Positions 19,804 to 29,931 of a stretch of DNA of 64,000 bases are shown here, one piece after another (the first letter of the stretch is position 1; the number at the start of each line of letters is the position of its first letter). The stretch is from contig JBMOPZ010000040.1 in NCBI GenBank assembly GCA_049321355.1, positions 59,410 through 123,409 of the forward strand, given 5' to 3'. The notes under the pieces are model-generated. The model did not search any database. It was not told the DNA's origin and saw only the letters and a list, made by a program, of their open reading frames with translations. The DNA is from Pseudomonadota bacterium (GTDB taxonomy: Bacteria; Pseudomonadota; Gammaproteobacteria; Burkholderiales; Gallionellaceae). The translations under genes were made by a program, and so were the position numbers.

Positions 19804-20475
19804 TTATTTGTGGCACTGCCAGCAATCATTCGGACCATGCGCCTTGACCGCGTCCGGCGCACCAGTTTCACGCTCTTTCTTTTGATAGCCATACCAGTAA
19901 GCCTGATCGCCCACCGATTTGCCGCCCGCAGCGGTAACCGGATGCTCTTTCTCGTGACAGCTGGCACACCACCCCATAGACAACGCCTTGCTGCGACGCG
20001 CAACCGTCATCTCTTTGACATCACCATGGCAATAGCCGCACGCCTCCTGAGTGGGACGATTTTGCTGCTCAATAAAACGCTTGATATGGCGCTCGTGATT
20101 AAAGCGGACGAAGTCCGGCAAATCATGCACTTTCTTCCACGGAATCGGCTTTTTAGCCTCCCAATGCTCAAACAGCTGCTTGATGCGCGGCGACTCGCGC
20201 ACCGACTCGATACTTTGGTGGCAACCAATACATTTCTGCACCGGCGGAATGCCCGCTACCGCACTACGTCTTGCATAGGTGTGGCAGTACATGCAATCAA
20301 TCTGCATATCCTTGGCGTGGCGTACATGTGGGAATTCGATTGGCTGCTTGACTTCCGGACCCAAACTACTTTCGGTCGTCAGCGCAGGCTGTGTGGCATC
20401 AGCCGCATAGCTGTTGTTGCCAGCTATCGCAAACAATCCCAGCAACAGGACAGAGAAACGAAAAAAACGGTGCAT
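19804..20475 (-). CDS. actA: ACIII pentaheme cytochrome c
   Basis: Five CxxCH motifs: CMYCH, CIGCH, CGYCH, CASCH, CWQCH; LPDFVRFNH motif. Confidence 0.88.
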   Translation of the reverse strand: MHRFFRFSVLLLGLFAIAGNNSYAADATQPALTTESSLGPEVKQPIEFPHVRHAKDMQIDCMYCHTYARRSAVAGIPPVQKCIGCHQSIESVRESPRIKQLFEHWEAKKPIPWKKVHDLPDFVRFNHERHIKRFIEQQNRPTQEACGYCHGDVKEMTVARRSKALSMGWCASCHEKEHPVTAAGGKSVGDQAYWYGYQKKERETGAPDAVKAHGPNDCWQCHK

Positions 20476-20509
20476 CGTAAGGGCTCCCTAAACAAACATA
20501 ATGACCCCA

Positions 20510-20525
20510 TGCCAGATTCATGCCA
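20510..20525 (-). promoter_or_regulatory. Candidate sigma54 (-24/-12) promoter of the act operon
   Basis: Minus strand TGGCATGAATCTGGCA has GG-N10-GC spacing, 35 bp upstream of the actA ATG; deviates from the TGGCACG-N4-TTGC consensus. Confidence 0.35.
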
Positions 20526-20773
20526 GCATGAATGAACTAGGTGATTCAGATTATTTTTGATGCGGTACGTCGCGATAAATTATTATTGGTTTTTTATCTT
20601 CCCGCCGCTGAGGCACGGGGCGAACACACGGGCGAATAATGTCGAGTCTGAAAAACAAAGTCAATACCATAATGCCAAAAATACCCGCGACGCCACGCTA
20701 AAAGCCATTCCCCGCAAGCTATTACATCATTTACTTATATTTGGTTTCCTACAAATAACATTGGGCAAGCATC

Positions 20774-21403
20774 ATGAACGAAGAGCAGGCAGTATTGGAC
20801 TTTTTTGCGAAAACCGAAAATTTACCCTTGGCATTATCGGTCGCGGAGCTGGTCGATCGGATACGCGAACATAACAACACCTCCTTCTGGAGAGCCTTGC
20901 AACAACGCATAAATAAAGTAATTGAAAGTAATGCGCTGCAATGGACAACGCAGGTCACCGACGATAAAAGCAGTGATGGCAGTCTGGTGGGTCTGTATTG
21001 CCAGTCCATCGCCGGGCAAACCGTTTTTTTGCGTCCCATGCTGGAGCAACAATTTTCAGGCGGGCATTGGCGTATCTATTTCGGCCTGATGTGGAGCGCG
21101 GAACCCGGTCCCGAACAGCTTGCCCTGCCTGCCGTCATCGCCCTGCAAGATGCACTACAACAACTGGGCTTCAAGAACAACAGCAGCTTTCTCGCCTGGC
21201 AATGGTCTCGCTTTTATCCGCGCGGCAAAGACTTCCAGTTGCGTTTTTCGCAACACGCGGATGCGCTGCTTGCCGATTTTGAATCCTTGTTTTCAGTGTT
21301 GCTGGTTGATCACCAACAGCCGATAGCAGCCGCCAACCACGCACTCGCCAACGCGCGCGGCAGCTCCCCTGTTTCGTTGGCTCACTTGCGCCGCAACGTA
21401 TGA
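20774..21403 (+). CDS. Hypothetical protein
   Basis: 209-aa ORF overlapping the greB start (ATGA); no recognised motif. Confidence 0.7.
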   Translation: MNEEQAVLDFFAKTENLPLALSVAELVDRIREHNNTSFWRALQQRINKVIESNALQWTTQVTDDKSSDGSLVGLYCQSIAGQTVFLRPMLEQQFSGGHWRIYFGLMWSAEPGPEQLALPAVIALQDALQQLGFKNNSSFLAWQWSRFYPRGKDFQLRFSQHADALLADFESLFSVLLVDHQQPIAAANHALANARGSSPVSLAHLRRNV

Positions 21404-21909
21404 ACAGCGAGCCTCAGTTACCCGCCGGGGTAAAGAACTACATCACCCCCGACGGCTATCACAAGCTGCACGAGGAGCTCAACCAACTATGGACGCAAGA
21501 GCGTCCCGCGTTGGTAAAAACAATTGCTTGGGCGGCTTCCAACGGTGACCGCTCGGAGAACGGCGACTACATTTACGGCAAGAAGCGCCTGCGCGAAATT
21601 GACCGCCGTATTCGTTTCTTGCGCAAACGCCTGGAGCTGGCCGAGGTTATCAATCCCGCACAGCGCGGAAATTGCGGGCAAATATTCTTTGGGGCGACCG
21701 TCACGGTTTGCGATAATGACGGACGCGAGTACACTTACAGTATTGTTGGCGTGGATGAAGCAAACGCGGGTTCGGGAAAAATCAGCTGGGTTTCACCGTT
21801 GGCGCGCGCACTGGTAAAACTACGGGAGGGCGATGTCGCCGTGCTACAAACACCGGGCGGCATCAGCGAATTGGAAATACTGAAAATCCACTACCAAACC
21901 ATCATTTGA
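21400..21909 (+). CDS. greB: Transcription elongation factor GreB
   Basis: KNYITPDG, WAASNGDRSENGDYIYGKKRLREIDRRIRFL, ISWVSPLARAL. Confidence 0.95.
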   Translation: MNSEPQLPAGVKNYITPDGYHKLHEELNQLWTQERPALVKTIAWAASNGDRSENGDYIYGKKRLREIDRRIRFLRKRLELAEVINPAQRGNCGQIFFGATVTVCDNDGREYTYSIVGVDEANAGSGKISWVSPLARALVKLREGDVAVLQTPGGISELEILKIHYQTII

Positions 21910-21922
21910 ACTAAATCGGGGA

Positions 21923-22846
21923 GTGGCGAATCTCACCCCGTCATCATCAAAAACAGATTGGCGTCAGCGTATGGACCCGAAATTACTGAGAATACTCAAC
22001 AACCGCCAGCAGAATTATCCGAATGCCCTGGCGCAGCAGTTTCCGCGCATCCTCTCGAAACTTGTGGCGATGTGGGAATCTCCCGAAATTGACAATTATT
22101 TTTCCGACTTGTTGATTGCGGATCGCCATGATCGTCAGGGATTCCCGCCCGACGTGGTATCGGACATCATTTACCTGAGCATGGTGCACCACAAACAGCG
22201 CGGCGAAGAACCCAAAGCCGTTTGGGGGCACGTCAGTGAAAACGCCAAAGAGGAAATCGAGCAACAAGGCATCCCCTTTTCCCCCGACGGGCTGATTAAG
22301 GCGGCGGAATCCGGATCAACGCAAATTGTCTCGCTTTTTTTGCAATCCGGCTTTGATGTTGACACCACGGATGAACGTCTGTGGACACCGCTGATGATTT
22401 CCGCCTTTAACGGCGATATGGAAATGGCCGAATTACTCATCAAAAGCGGTGCCAGCATCCTGCATCGTGACAATGCCGGTTACACCCCGCTGCATTGGGC
22501 TGCCTTCAATGGTTATGCAAACGTTGTGCGTTTGTTGTTGGACAAAAAAATTGATGCCGACATCCGCAGCAACCACGACTGGACCGCGCTGCTGCAAGCC
22601 GCAACGCGCGGGCATTTGACCGTCTGCTCCATCCTGATTGAACGCGGCGCAAATGTAAACGCCGCCTCCCGGGATGGCTGGACACCGTTGCACAAGGCTG
22701 CCGCAAATGGGCATTTGCCGGTTGTCGTGCTGTTGATGAACAAGGGGGCCGATGTCATGGCAAAGTATGCGGATGGCACCACTGCGCTCGACCTTGTGAG
22801 CAAGACCAAAAACCAGCAGTTGATGAACATTCTCTCGAAAAAATAA
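21923..22846 (+). CDS. Ankyrin-repeat protein with a distinct N-terminal helical domain
   Basis: Repeats WTPLMISA, YTPLHWAA, WTALLQAA, WTPLHKAA; start may be GTG 21923 or ATG 21971. Confidence 0.85.
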   Translation: MANLTPSSSKTDWRQRMDPKLLRILNNRQQNYPNALAQQFPRILSKLVAMWESPEIDNYFSDLLIADRHDRQGFPPDVVSDIIYLSMVHHKQRGEEPKAVWGHVSENAKEEIEQQGIPFSPDGLIKAAESGSTQIVSLFLQSGFDVDTTDERLWTPLMISAFNGDMEMAELLIKSGASILHRDNAGYTPLHWAAFNGYANVVRLLLDKKIDADIRSNHDWTALLQAATRGHLTVCSILIERGANVNAASRDGWTPLHKAAANGHLPVVVLLMNKGADVMAKYADGTTALDLVSKTKNQQLMNILSKK

Positions 22847-22898
22847 ATATCGGCCGGGCTGTCTGCTTGCTACAATTTCGCCACCTAACCCGCGCTGA

Positions 22899-23249
<351 letters not shown>

Positions 23250-23284
23250 AAACAACGTCCGCTCGTGGTATAGCACCCCGCTTT

Positions 23285-23293
23285 TGCTATAAT
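23285..23293 (+). promoter_or_regulatory. Extended -10 promoter element upstream of guaB
   Basis: TGCTATAAT 27 bp upstream of the guaB ATG. Confidence 0.5.
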
Positions 23294-23319
23294 GCGCCCT
23301 TTGTCGAGAGCCGTTCCCC

Positions 23320-24780
23320 ATGCGCACCATCCCAAAAGCACTCACCTTTGACGACGTTCTGCTCGTCCCCGCTTATTCCAACGTGTTGCCGCGCGATGTC
23401 AGTCTGCGCACACAACTAACCCGCAACATCAGCCTGAACATTCCCTTGCTGTCAGCGGCGATGGACACGGTTACCGAATCGCGCCTTGCGATCGCGCTGG
23501 CGCAGGAGGGCGGTATCGGTATCGTTCATAAAAACATGTCGTCCTCGGCGCAAGCCGCCAAAATTACCAAGGTCAAGCGCTTTGAAAGCGGCGTAGTGAA
23601 AGACCCCATCACCATTACCCCCGCAATGACCGTGCGTGACGTGCTGGCACTCACGCGGCAGCACAAAATATCCGGCCTGCCCGTGGTGCAAGGAAAGCAA
23701 CTGGTCGGCATTGTCACCAACCGCGACCTGCGTTTCGAGAGCAATCTCGACCAGCCGATACAAAACATCATGACACCGCGCGAGCGACTCATCACCGTCA
23801 AAGAAAATGCCAGCCTCGATGAGGCGCGCAATTTGATGCACAAGCACCGTATTGAGCGCGTGCTGGTGGTGAACAACGCTTTCGAACTGCGCGGCCTGAT
23901 GACCGTCAAGGACATCCTCAAATCCACCGAACACCCGCTCGCCAGCAAAGACACACAGGGGCGATTGCGGGTCGGCGCGGCGGTCGGGGTCGGCGAGGGA
24001 ACGGAAGAGCGCGTCACTTTGCTTGCCGAAGCGGGCGTGGACGTAATTGTGGTGGATACCGCGCACGGCCACTCCCAAGGGGTATTGGATCGGGTGAAAT
24101 GGGTTAAAACCACCTTTCCGCAAATCGAAGTCATCGGCGGAAATATCGCCACGGCTGCGGCTGCAAAAGCATTGCTGGATCATGGCGCGGACGGTGTCAA
24201 AGTCGGCATCGGCCCGGGTTCAATTTGCACCACCCGCATCGTCGCGGGAGTCGGCGTACCACAAATCGCCGCCATCCAGGGGGTTGCAAAGGCATTAAAG
24301 GGCAGCGGCGTACCGCTGATTGCAGACGGCGGCATCCGCTTTTCCGGTGATATTGCCAAGGCCATTGCTTCCGGTGCCGATGCCGTCATGCTCGGCGGCC
24401 TGTTTGCCGGCACCGAAGAGTCACCGGGAAAAATTGAGTTGTATCAGGGACGTTCCTATAAATCCTATCGCGGCATGGGCAGTCTCGGCGCGATGCAGCA
24501 GGGATCCAGCGACCGCTATTTTCAGGAAGGCGAAGAGAATCAGGACAAGCTGGTGCCGGAAGGTGTCGAAGGTCGCGTCCCCTACAAGGGCAGCGTACTG
24601 GCGGTCATCCATCAGTTGATGGGCGGATTACGCGCCAGCATGGGTTATCTCGGTTGCCCGGATATTCCGACCATGCATAGCCAGGCGGAATTCGTTGAAA
24701 TCACCTCATCCGGCATTCGCGAATCGCACGTCCACGACGTACAGATCACCAAAGAAGCACCGAATTATCATATTGATTAA
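23320..24780 (+). CDS. guaB: IMP dehydrogenase
   Basis: ALTFDDVLL, tandem CBS domains, [11 protein letters not shown] active site. Confidence 0.97.
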   Translation: MRTIPKALTFDDVLLVPAYSNVLPRDVSLRTQLTRNISLNIPLLSAAMDTVTESRLAIALAQEGGIGIVHKNMSSSAQAAKITKVKRFESGVVKDPITITPAMTVRDVLALTRQHKISGLPVVQGKQLVGIVTNRDLRFESNLDQPIQNIMTPRERLITVKENASLDEARNLMHKHRIERVLVVNNAFELRGLMTVKDILKSTEHPLASKDTQGRLRVGAAVGVGEGTEERVTLLAEAGVDVIVVDTAHGHSQGVLDRVKWVKTTFPQIEVIGGNIATAAAAKALLDHGADGVKVGIGPGSICTTRIVAGVGVPQIAAIQGVAKALKGSGVPLIADGGIRFSGDIAKAIASGADAVMLGGLFAGTEESPGKIELYQGRSYKSYRGMGSLGAMQQGSSDRYFQEGEENQDKLVPEGVEGRVPYKGSVLAVIHQLMGGLRASMGYLGCPDIPTMHSQAEFVEITSSGIRESHVHDVQITKEAPNYHID

Positions 24781-24783
24781 CGT

Positions 24784-24857
24784 GGCGTGGGCTGGCGCAA
24801 GCGCAGCCCGCCAAAACTATCGAGAGGGTGAATTGCGCTTGCGCCAACCCACCCTAT
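24784..24857. repeat. REP-like inverted doublet between guaB and guaA
   Basis: GGCGTGGGCTGGCGCAAGCGCAGCCCGCC followed by GGGTGAATTGCGCTTGCGCCAACCCACCCTA; GCGCAAGCGCA and TGCGCTTGCGC are complementary. Confidence 0.6.
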
Positions 24858-24862
24858 AAAAC

Positions 24863-26446
24863 ATGGCTCACAAAAAAATCCTCATCCTCGATTTCGGCTC
24901 CCAATACACCCAACTCATCGCTAGGCGGGTGCGTGAAACGCAGGTTTATTGCGAATTGCACCCTTGGGACATGAGCGTCGCGGACATCCGCGCTTTTGCC
25001 CCTTCCGGCATCATTCTCTCCGGCGGCCCGAACTCCGTGTATGAGAACGAAACCCCCAAGGCACCGCAGATAGTGTTCGAGTTGGGCGTACCGATTCTGG
25101 GGATTTGCTACGGAATGCAAACCATGGCGGCACAGTTGGGCGGCAAGGTGGAGAACGGTACAGTACGCGAGTTCGGCTATGCAGAGATTCGCACGCAGGG
25201 ACACTCCAAGTTATTCGACGGCGTGCAGGACAAAACCGGCGCGCGCGGACAAGGGCTACTGGATGTCTGGATGAGCCACGGCGACAAGGTGACGGCACTA
25301 CCGCCCGGCTTTGTCGCCATCGCTTGCAACGAGGCAACCCCGTTCGCCGCGATGGCGGACGAAACGCGCCGCTTCTATGCGGTGCAATTCCACCCGGAAG
25401 TCACCCACACCCGTCAGGGCAAGGCTATCCTGGGTCGCTTCGTACATGACATCTGCGGCTGCGGTCGGGATTGGAACATGCCCGACTATATCGCCGAAGC
25501 GGTGGCAAAAATACGCGCTCAAGTCGGTAGCGAAGAGGTCATTCTCGGACTATCGGGCGGCGTGGATTCTTCAGTTGCGGCGGCATTGATCCACCGCGCC
25601 ATTGGCAACCAACTTACCTGCGTATTTGTGGACAACGGCCTGCTGCGCCTAAATGAAGGCGCGCAGGTGATGGAAACCTTTGCCAACCATCTCCACATGA
25701 AAGTCATTCATGTCGATGCCAGCGGCGATTTTCTGCGCCACCTAAAGAGTGTCACCGACCCGGAACAGAAGCGCAAAATTATCGGACGCGAGTTCGTCGA
25801 GGTATTCCAGCGCGAATCGGCCAAACTCAAGCAGGCCAAGTGGTTGGCGCAAGGCACGATTTACCCCGACGTGATTGAGTCGGCAGGCGCAAAAACCAAA
25901 AAGGCGCACACCATCAAGTCGCATCATAATGTCGGCGGATTGCCGGAATCCATGCACCTCAAGCTGCTGGAGCCATTGCGCGAACTATTCAAAGACGAGG
26001 TGCGCGAACTGGGCGTGGCGCTCGGCTTGCCCGCGGATATGGTTTATCGCCACCCCTTCCCCGGACCGGGCTTGGGCGTGCGTATCCTCGGCGAGGTGAA
26101 AGCGGAATATGCCGAACTGCTGCGGCGCGCCGATGCCATTTTCATCGAGGAGCTACGCGCCGCCCAAGATACCGACGGGAAAAGCTGGTACGAAAAAACT
26201 TCTCAGGCATTCACCGTTTTTCTACCCGTCAAAAGCGTCGGCGTAATGGGTGACGGGCGCACTTACGAATGGGTGGTGTCTTTGCGCGCGGTGCAAACAC
26301 AGGACTTTATGACAGCACACTGGGCGCACCTTCCTTACGAACTGCTGGGCAAAGTCTCCAACCGCATCATCAATGAAGTGCGCGGCATCAACCGTGTGGT
26401 CTATGACATCTCCGGCAAGCCGCCCGCCACCATTGAGTGGGAGTAG
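24863..26446 (+). CDS. guaA: GMP synthase (glutamine-hydrolysing)
   Basis: [42 protein letters not shown]. Confidence 0.97.
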   Translation: MAHKKILILDFGSQYTQLIARRVRETQVYCELHPWDMSVADIRAFAPSGIILSGGPNSVYENETPKAPQIVFELGVPILGICYGMQTMAAQLGGKVENGTVREFGYAEIRTQGHSKLFDGVQDKTGARGQGLLDVWMSHGDKVTALPPGFVAIACNEATPFAAMADETRRFYAVQFHPEVTHTRQGKAILGRFVHDICGCGRDWNMPDYIAEAVAKIRAQVGSEEVILGLSGGVDSSVAAALIHRAIGNQLTCVFVDNGLLRLNEGAQVMETFANHLHMKVIHVDASGDFLRHLKSVTDPEQKRKIIGREFVEVFQRESAKLKQAKWLAQGTIYPDVIESAGAKTKKAHTIKSHHNVGGLPESMHLKLLEPLRELFKDEVRELGVALGLPADMVYRHPFPGPGLGVRILGEVKAEYAELLRRADAIFIEELRAAQDTDGKSWYEKTSQAFTVFLPVKSVGVMGDGRTYEWVVSLRAVQTQDFMTAHWAHLPYELLGKVSNRIINEVRGINRVVYDISGKPPATIEWE

Positions 26447-26577
26447 GCAATTCATCCGCAGCGTACAATTCCGGGTCGCACGTTGGGCGGTCGATACAAC
26501 GCAAAATATACTTTCCAGACTAAGCCCGCTAACCGTAATATCTCGGCCAGCTATCCACCTCTTTCCGATATTCACTG

Positions 26578-27633
26578 ATGATACACAGCGATAATCTTTC
26601 TACCGAGCCGCGCCTGATTTCAGCCGCAGCCTCCTCCGCGCAAGAGGAGGCATTAGAACGCGCGCTGCGCCCCAAGCATCTCGACGAATATGTCGGTCAG
26701 GAAAAAATACGCGGGCAGATGGAAATCTTCATCCAGGCGGCAAAGCAGCGCAAAGAGCCGCTCGACCACGTTCTGCTGTTCGGCCCGCCGGGCTTGGGCA
26801 AAACCACACTGGCGCAAATTATTGCCCGCGAGATGGGAGTCAACATTCGCCACACATCCGGCCCGGTATTGGAGCGCGCTGGTGACTTGGCGGCATTGTT
26901 GACCAACCTTGAGCCCCATGATGTGTTATTCATCGACGAAATCCACCGCCTGTCGCCCGTGGTAGAAGAAATTCTTTATCCGGCACTGGAGGATTATCAA
27001 ATCGACATCATGATAGGTGAGGGACCGGCGGCGCGTTCGGTCAAGCTGGATTTACCCCCCTTCACCCTGGTCGGCGCAACCACCCGCGCCGGGATGCTGA
27101 CCAACCCGCTACGCGACCGTTTCGGCATCGTGTCCCGGCTGGAGTTTTACACCGCGGAAGAGCTGCAGCGCATCGTGATGCGTTCTTCCGGGCTGCTGGC
27201 CATGAGCCTGTCGCAAGACGGCGCGCTGGAAATTGCCAGACGCTCGCGGGGCACACCGCGCATCGCCAACCGTTTACTGCGTCGCGTGCGCGATTTCGCA
27301 GACGTAAAAGCATCCGGCGATGCCAGCCGCGAGATTGCGGATGCCGCACTCACCATGCTGGATGTGGATTCACAAGGCTTGGACGTAATGGACAGAAAGC
27401 TACTGCTCACGGTCATCGAAAAATTCATGGGCGGCCCGGTCGGCGTGGACAACCTCGCCGCCGCTATCGGTGAGGAGCGCGACACCATCGAAGACGTGCT
27501 GGAACCCTACCTGATTCAACAAGGCTATCTGCAACGCACCCCGCGTGGACGCATGGCAACCGCAAATGCCTACCGGCATTTTGGACTGCCCGCGCCCCGC
27601 AATAACAATCCCGGAGAATTATGGGATGAATAA
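26578..27633 (+). CDS. ruvB: Holliday junction helicase RuvB
   Basis: [40 protein letters not shown]. Confidence 0.97.
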   Translation: MIHSDNLSTEPRLISAAASSAQEEALERALRPKHLDEYVGQEKIRGQMEIFIQAAKQRKEPLDHVLLFGPPGLGKTTLAQIIAREMGVNIRHTSGPVLERAGDLAALLTNLEPHDVLFIDEIHRLSPVVEEILYPALEDYQIDIMIGEGPAARSVKLDLPPFTLVGATTRAGMLTNPLRDRFGIVSRLEFYTAEELQRIVMRSSGLLAMSLSQDGALEIARRSRGTPRIANRLLRRVRDFADVKASGDASREIADAALTMLDVDSQGLDVMDRKLLLTVIEKFMGGPVGVDNLAAAIGEERDTIEDVLEPYLIQQGYLQRTPRGRMATANAYRHFGLPAPRNNNPGELWDE

Positions 27634-28042
27634 ACTCACGGTATCGCAGACATTCTCATTGCCGGTACGCGTATATTTCCACGACACCGATGCGGGTGGG
27701 GTGGTATATCACGGCAGTTATGTGAACTTTATGGAGCGCGCACGGACTGAGTGGCTGCGCGCCCATGGCTACAGCAATGCCGGATTGATGAAGGAGTTCG
27801 GCGCGGTATTTGTGGTGCGTTCGATGAAAATCGATTATCTGAAGCCCGCGTTACTGGATGATTTGTTGAGTATCACGGCACGAATCAAAGATGTCGGGCG
27901 CAGCCGGATTACCCTGTTGCAAACAGTGCGGCGCGATGATGCGCTGCTTGCCGAAGCCGAGGTGCATTTGGTCTGCGTCTCGCTGCATGAATTCAAACCG
28001 ATCAGTGTGCCGGACGTGTTACGCGCACAATGGAAAATCTAG
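27626..28042 (+). CDS. ybgC: Tol-pal-associated acyl-CoA thioesterase
   Basis: [26 protein letters not shown]; ATG at 27626. Confidence 0.92.
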   Translation: MNKLTVSQTFSLPVRVYFHDTDAGGVVYHGSYVNFMERARTEWLRAHGYSNAGLMKEFGAVFVVRSMKIDYLKPALLDDLLSITARIKDVGRSRITLLQTVRRDDALLAEAEVHLVCVSLHEFKPISVPDVLRAQWKI

Positions 28043-28058
28043 TCAGGAAAGGTCAGCA

Positions 28059-28733
28059 ATGGAAATCACCCAAAACATCTCGTTTATTCAGCTTATTAGC
28101 AACGCCAGCGTGCTGGTGCAGTTGGTCATGGCCTTGCTGTTGGGGGTCTCACTGCTATCGTGGTGGTACATTTTTATCAAGCTGTTTGCCATTCGCAACG
28201 AGTCCAGGCTGACCGAGAAATTTGAGGATGCGTTCTGGAGCAACGCCAATCTGAACGATTTGTATGAGGTCAGCAGCCGCCCCGGACACCACCAGGGCGC
28301 ACTGGAACGCATTTTTGTCGCGGGGTTTACCGAATTCGGCAAGCTCAAGAAAAAGCATGGCGTGGACTCCAACGCCGTCACCGAAGGCACGCGCCGTGCG
28401 ATGCGCGCCACTTACCAGCGCGAGATGGACAGACTGGAATCACATCTGGCTTTTCTGGCTTCGGTGGGCTCGGTCAGTCCCTACGTGGGCTTGTTTGGCA
28501 CGGTGTGGGGCATCATGAATGCTTTCCGCGGCTTGTCCAATGTCGGGCAAGCCACGCTGGCGCATGTCGCCCCCGGTATTGCCGAAGCACTGGTCGCCAC
28601 GGCAATGGGTTTGTTCGCCGCCATCCCCGCCGTGGTTGCCTACAACCGTTATGCCCATGATATTGACCGACTCTCCACGCGCTTCGAGAGTTTTGCCGAA
28701 GAGTTCTCCAACGTATTGCAACGTCAACCGTAA
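28059..28733 (+). CDS. tolQ: TolQ
   Basis: SPYVGLFGTVWGIM, PGIAEALVATAMGLFAAIPAV; ATG at 28059. Confidence 0.95.
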   Translation: MEITQNISFIQLISNASVLVQLVMALLLGVSLLSWWYIFIKLFAIRNESRLTEKFEDAFWSNANLNDLYEVSSRPGHHQGALERIFVAGFTEFGKLKKKHGVDSNAVTEGTRRAMRATYQREMDRLESHLAFLASVGSVSPYVGLFGTVWGIMNAFRGLSNVGQATLAHVAPGIAEALVATAMGLFAAIPAVVAYNRYAHDIDRLSTRFESFAEEFSNVLQRQP

Positions 28734-28744
28734 AGGGCTGACCG

Positions 28745-29170
28745 ATGAGATCAAATCGTCGCAACAAAAACCGCCTGATGAACGAAATCAACGTCGTGCC
28801 TTACATCGATGTGATGCTGGTATTGCTGGTGATTTTCATGGTGACCGCGCCGATGATGACACCGGGGCAAGTGGATTTGCCCAAAGTCGGCAAGTCGCTA
28901 CCCTCACCCGTTGCACCCTTGGAGGTGATTATCAAGAAAGACTCTACCCTGGCATTGCGCGACCACGCCGACAGCGCCGGGGAACGCACGGTGTCACGCA
29001 ATGAATTGATAGACATCGTGCGCGCCAAACAGGCGGAACATCAGGATCAGGCGGTGGTCATTTCCGCCGACAAAGACGTGCGCTATGAAGAAGTGGTTGC
29101 CGTGATGGATGCCTTGCAGCAACAGCAAATCAACAAAGTCGGATTGTTGATGCAAACCGGTACGAAATGA
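28745..29170 (+). CDS. tolR: TolR
   Basis: EINVVPYIDVMLVLLVIFMVTAP. Confidence 0.95.
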   Translation: MRSNRRNKNRLMNEINVVPYIDVMLVLLVIFMVTAPMMTPGQVDLPKVGKSLPSPVAPLEVIIKKDSTLALRDHADSAGERTVSRNELIDIVRAKQAEHQDQAVVISADKDVRYEEVVAVMDALQQQQINKVGLLMQTGTK

Positions 29171-29922
29171 ATATCACCGCACCTCCCCAACCCTATCAAT
29201 TACCTGCCGGCATACTTGCCGTGGCGGTGCACTGCATTTTTTTTGCGCTGCTCTACTTTGGTTTCACTTGGCAAAACCACCCGGCGACAACCATGAGCGT
29301 GGAGTTGTGGCAACAACTGCAAAGCGCGACGCCCGCCCCGCCGCCGCCAAAAATTGTAGAACCTGTCGCCCCTGCCCCGGTACCGGTGGCAGTACCGCCG
29401 CCTATCGCCACTCCCAAACCCGACATTGTGATACCGGACAAACGGCCCAAGGTGAAAGTCGAGAAAAAACCGCCGCCCGTGACCAAGCCAGTCCCGGCGA
29501 AAACTCAAGCCGTCCCCGAGTTGAAAAAAATTGAGGTCAAATTGCCGCCGATTCGTCCCGAACTACCCAAAGCGGCAACGGTCGATCCGGCAGTGCAACA
29601 AGCCGAGCGGGCAAGGGCAGCAATGGCGGCGGCACGACAACGCAGCGTGGATGAATTCATCGGCAAAATTGTCGCAAAAGTGCGCCGCAACATCGTCATG
29701 CCACCCGATGTCGCGGATGATGCGCGCGCCGAATTTACCGTCACGCTGCTGCCGGACGGCTCGGTGCTGACTGCCCGCCTGACCAAATCCAGCGGCAATG
29801 CGGCCTACGACAATGCGGTGGAGCGGGCGATAGCCAAATCCCAGCCGTTACCGCTACCGGCGGATGCGGCAATGTTTAACGATTTCCGTAAGTTAAATCT
29901 CGGATTCAAACCAAAGGAATAA
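29167..29922 (+). CDS. tolA: TolA-like protein
   Basis: N-terminal TM with conserved His, Pro/Lys-rich linker, TonB/TolA C-terminal domain (SSGN.AYD.AVERAI); operon position. Confidence 0.85.
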   Translation: MNITAPPQPYQLPAGILAVAVHCIFFALLYFGFTWQNHPATTMSVELWQQLQSATPAPPPPKIVEPVAPAPVPVAVPPPIATPKPDIVIPDKRPKVKVEKKPPPVTKPVPAKTQAVPELKKIEVKLPPIRPELPKAATVDPAVQQAERARAAMAAARQRSVDEFIGKIVAKVRRNIVMPPDVADDARAEFTVTLLPDGSVLTARLTKSSGNAAYDNAVERAIAKSQPLPLPADAAMFNDFRKLNLGFKPKE

Positions 29923-29931
29923 GGAGTCTGC

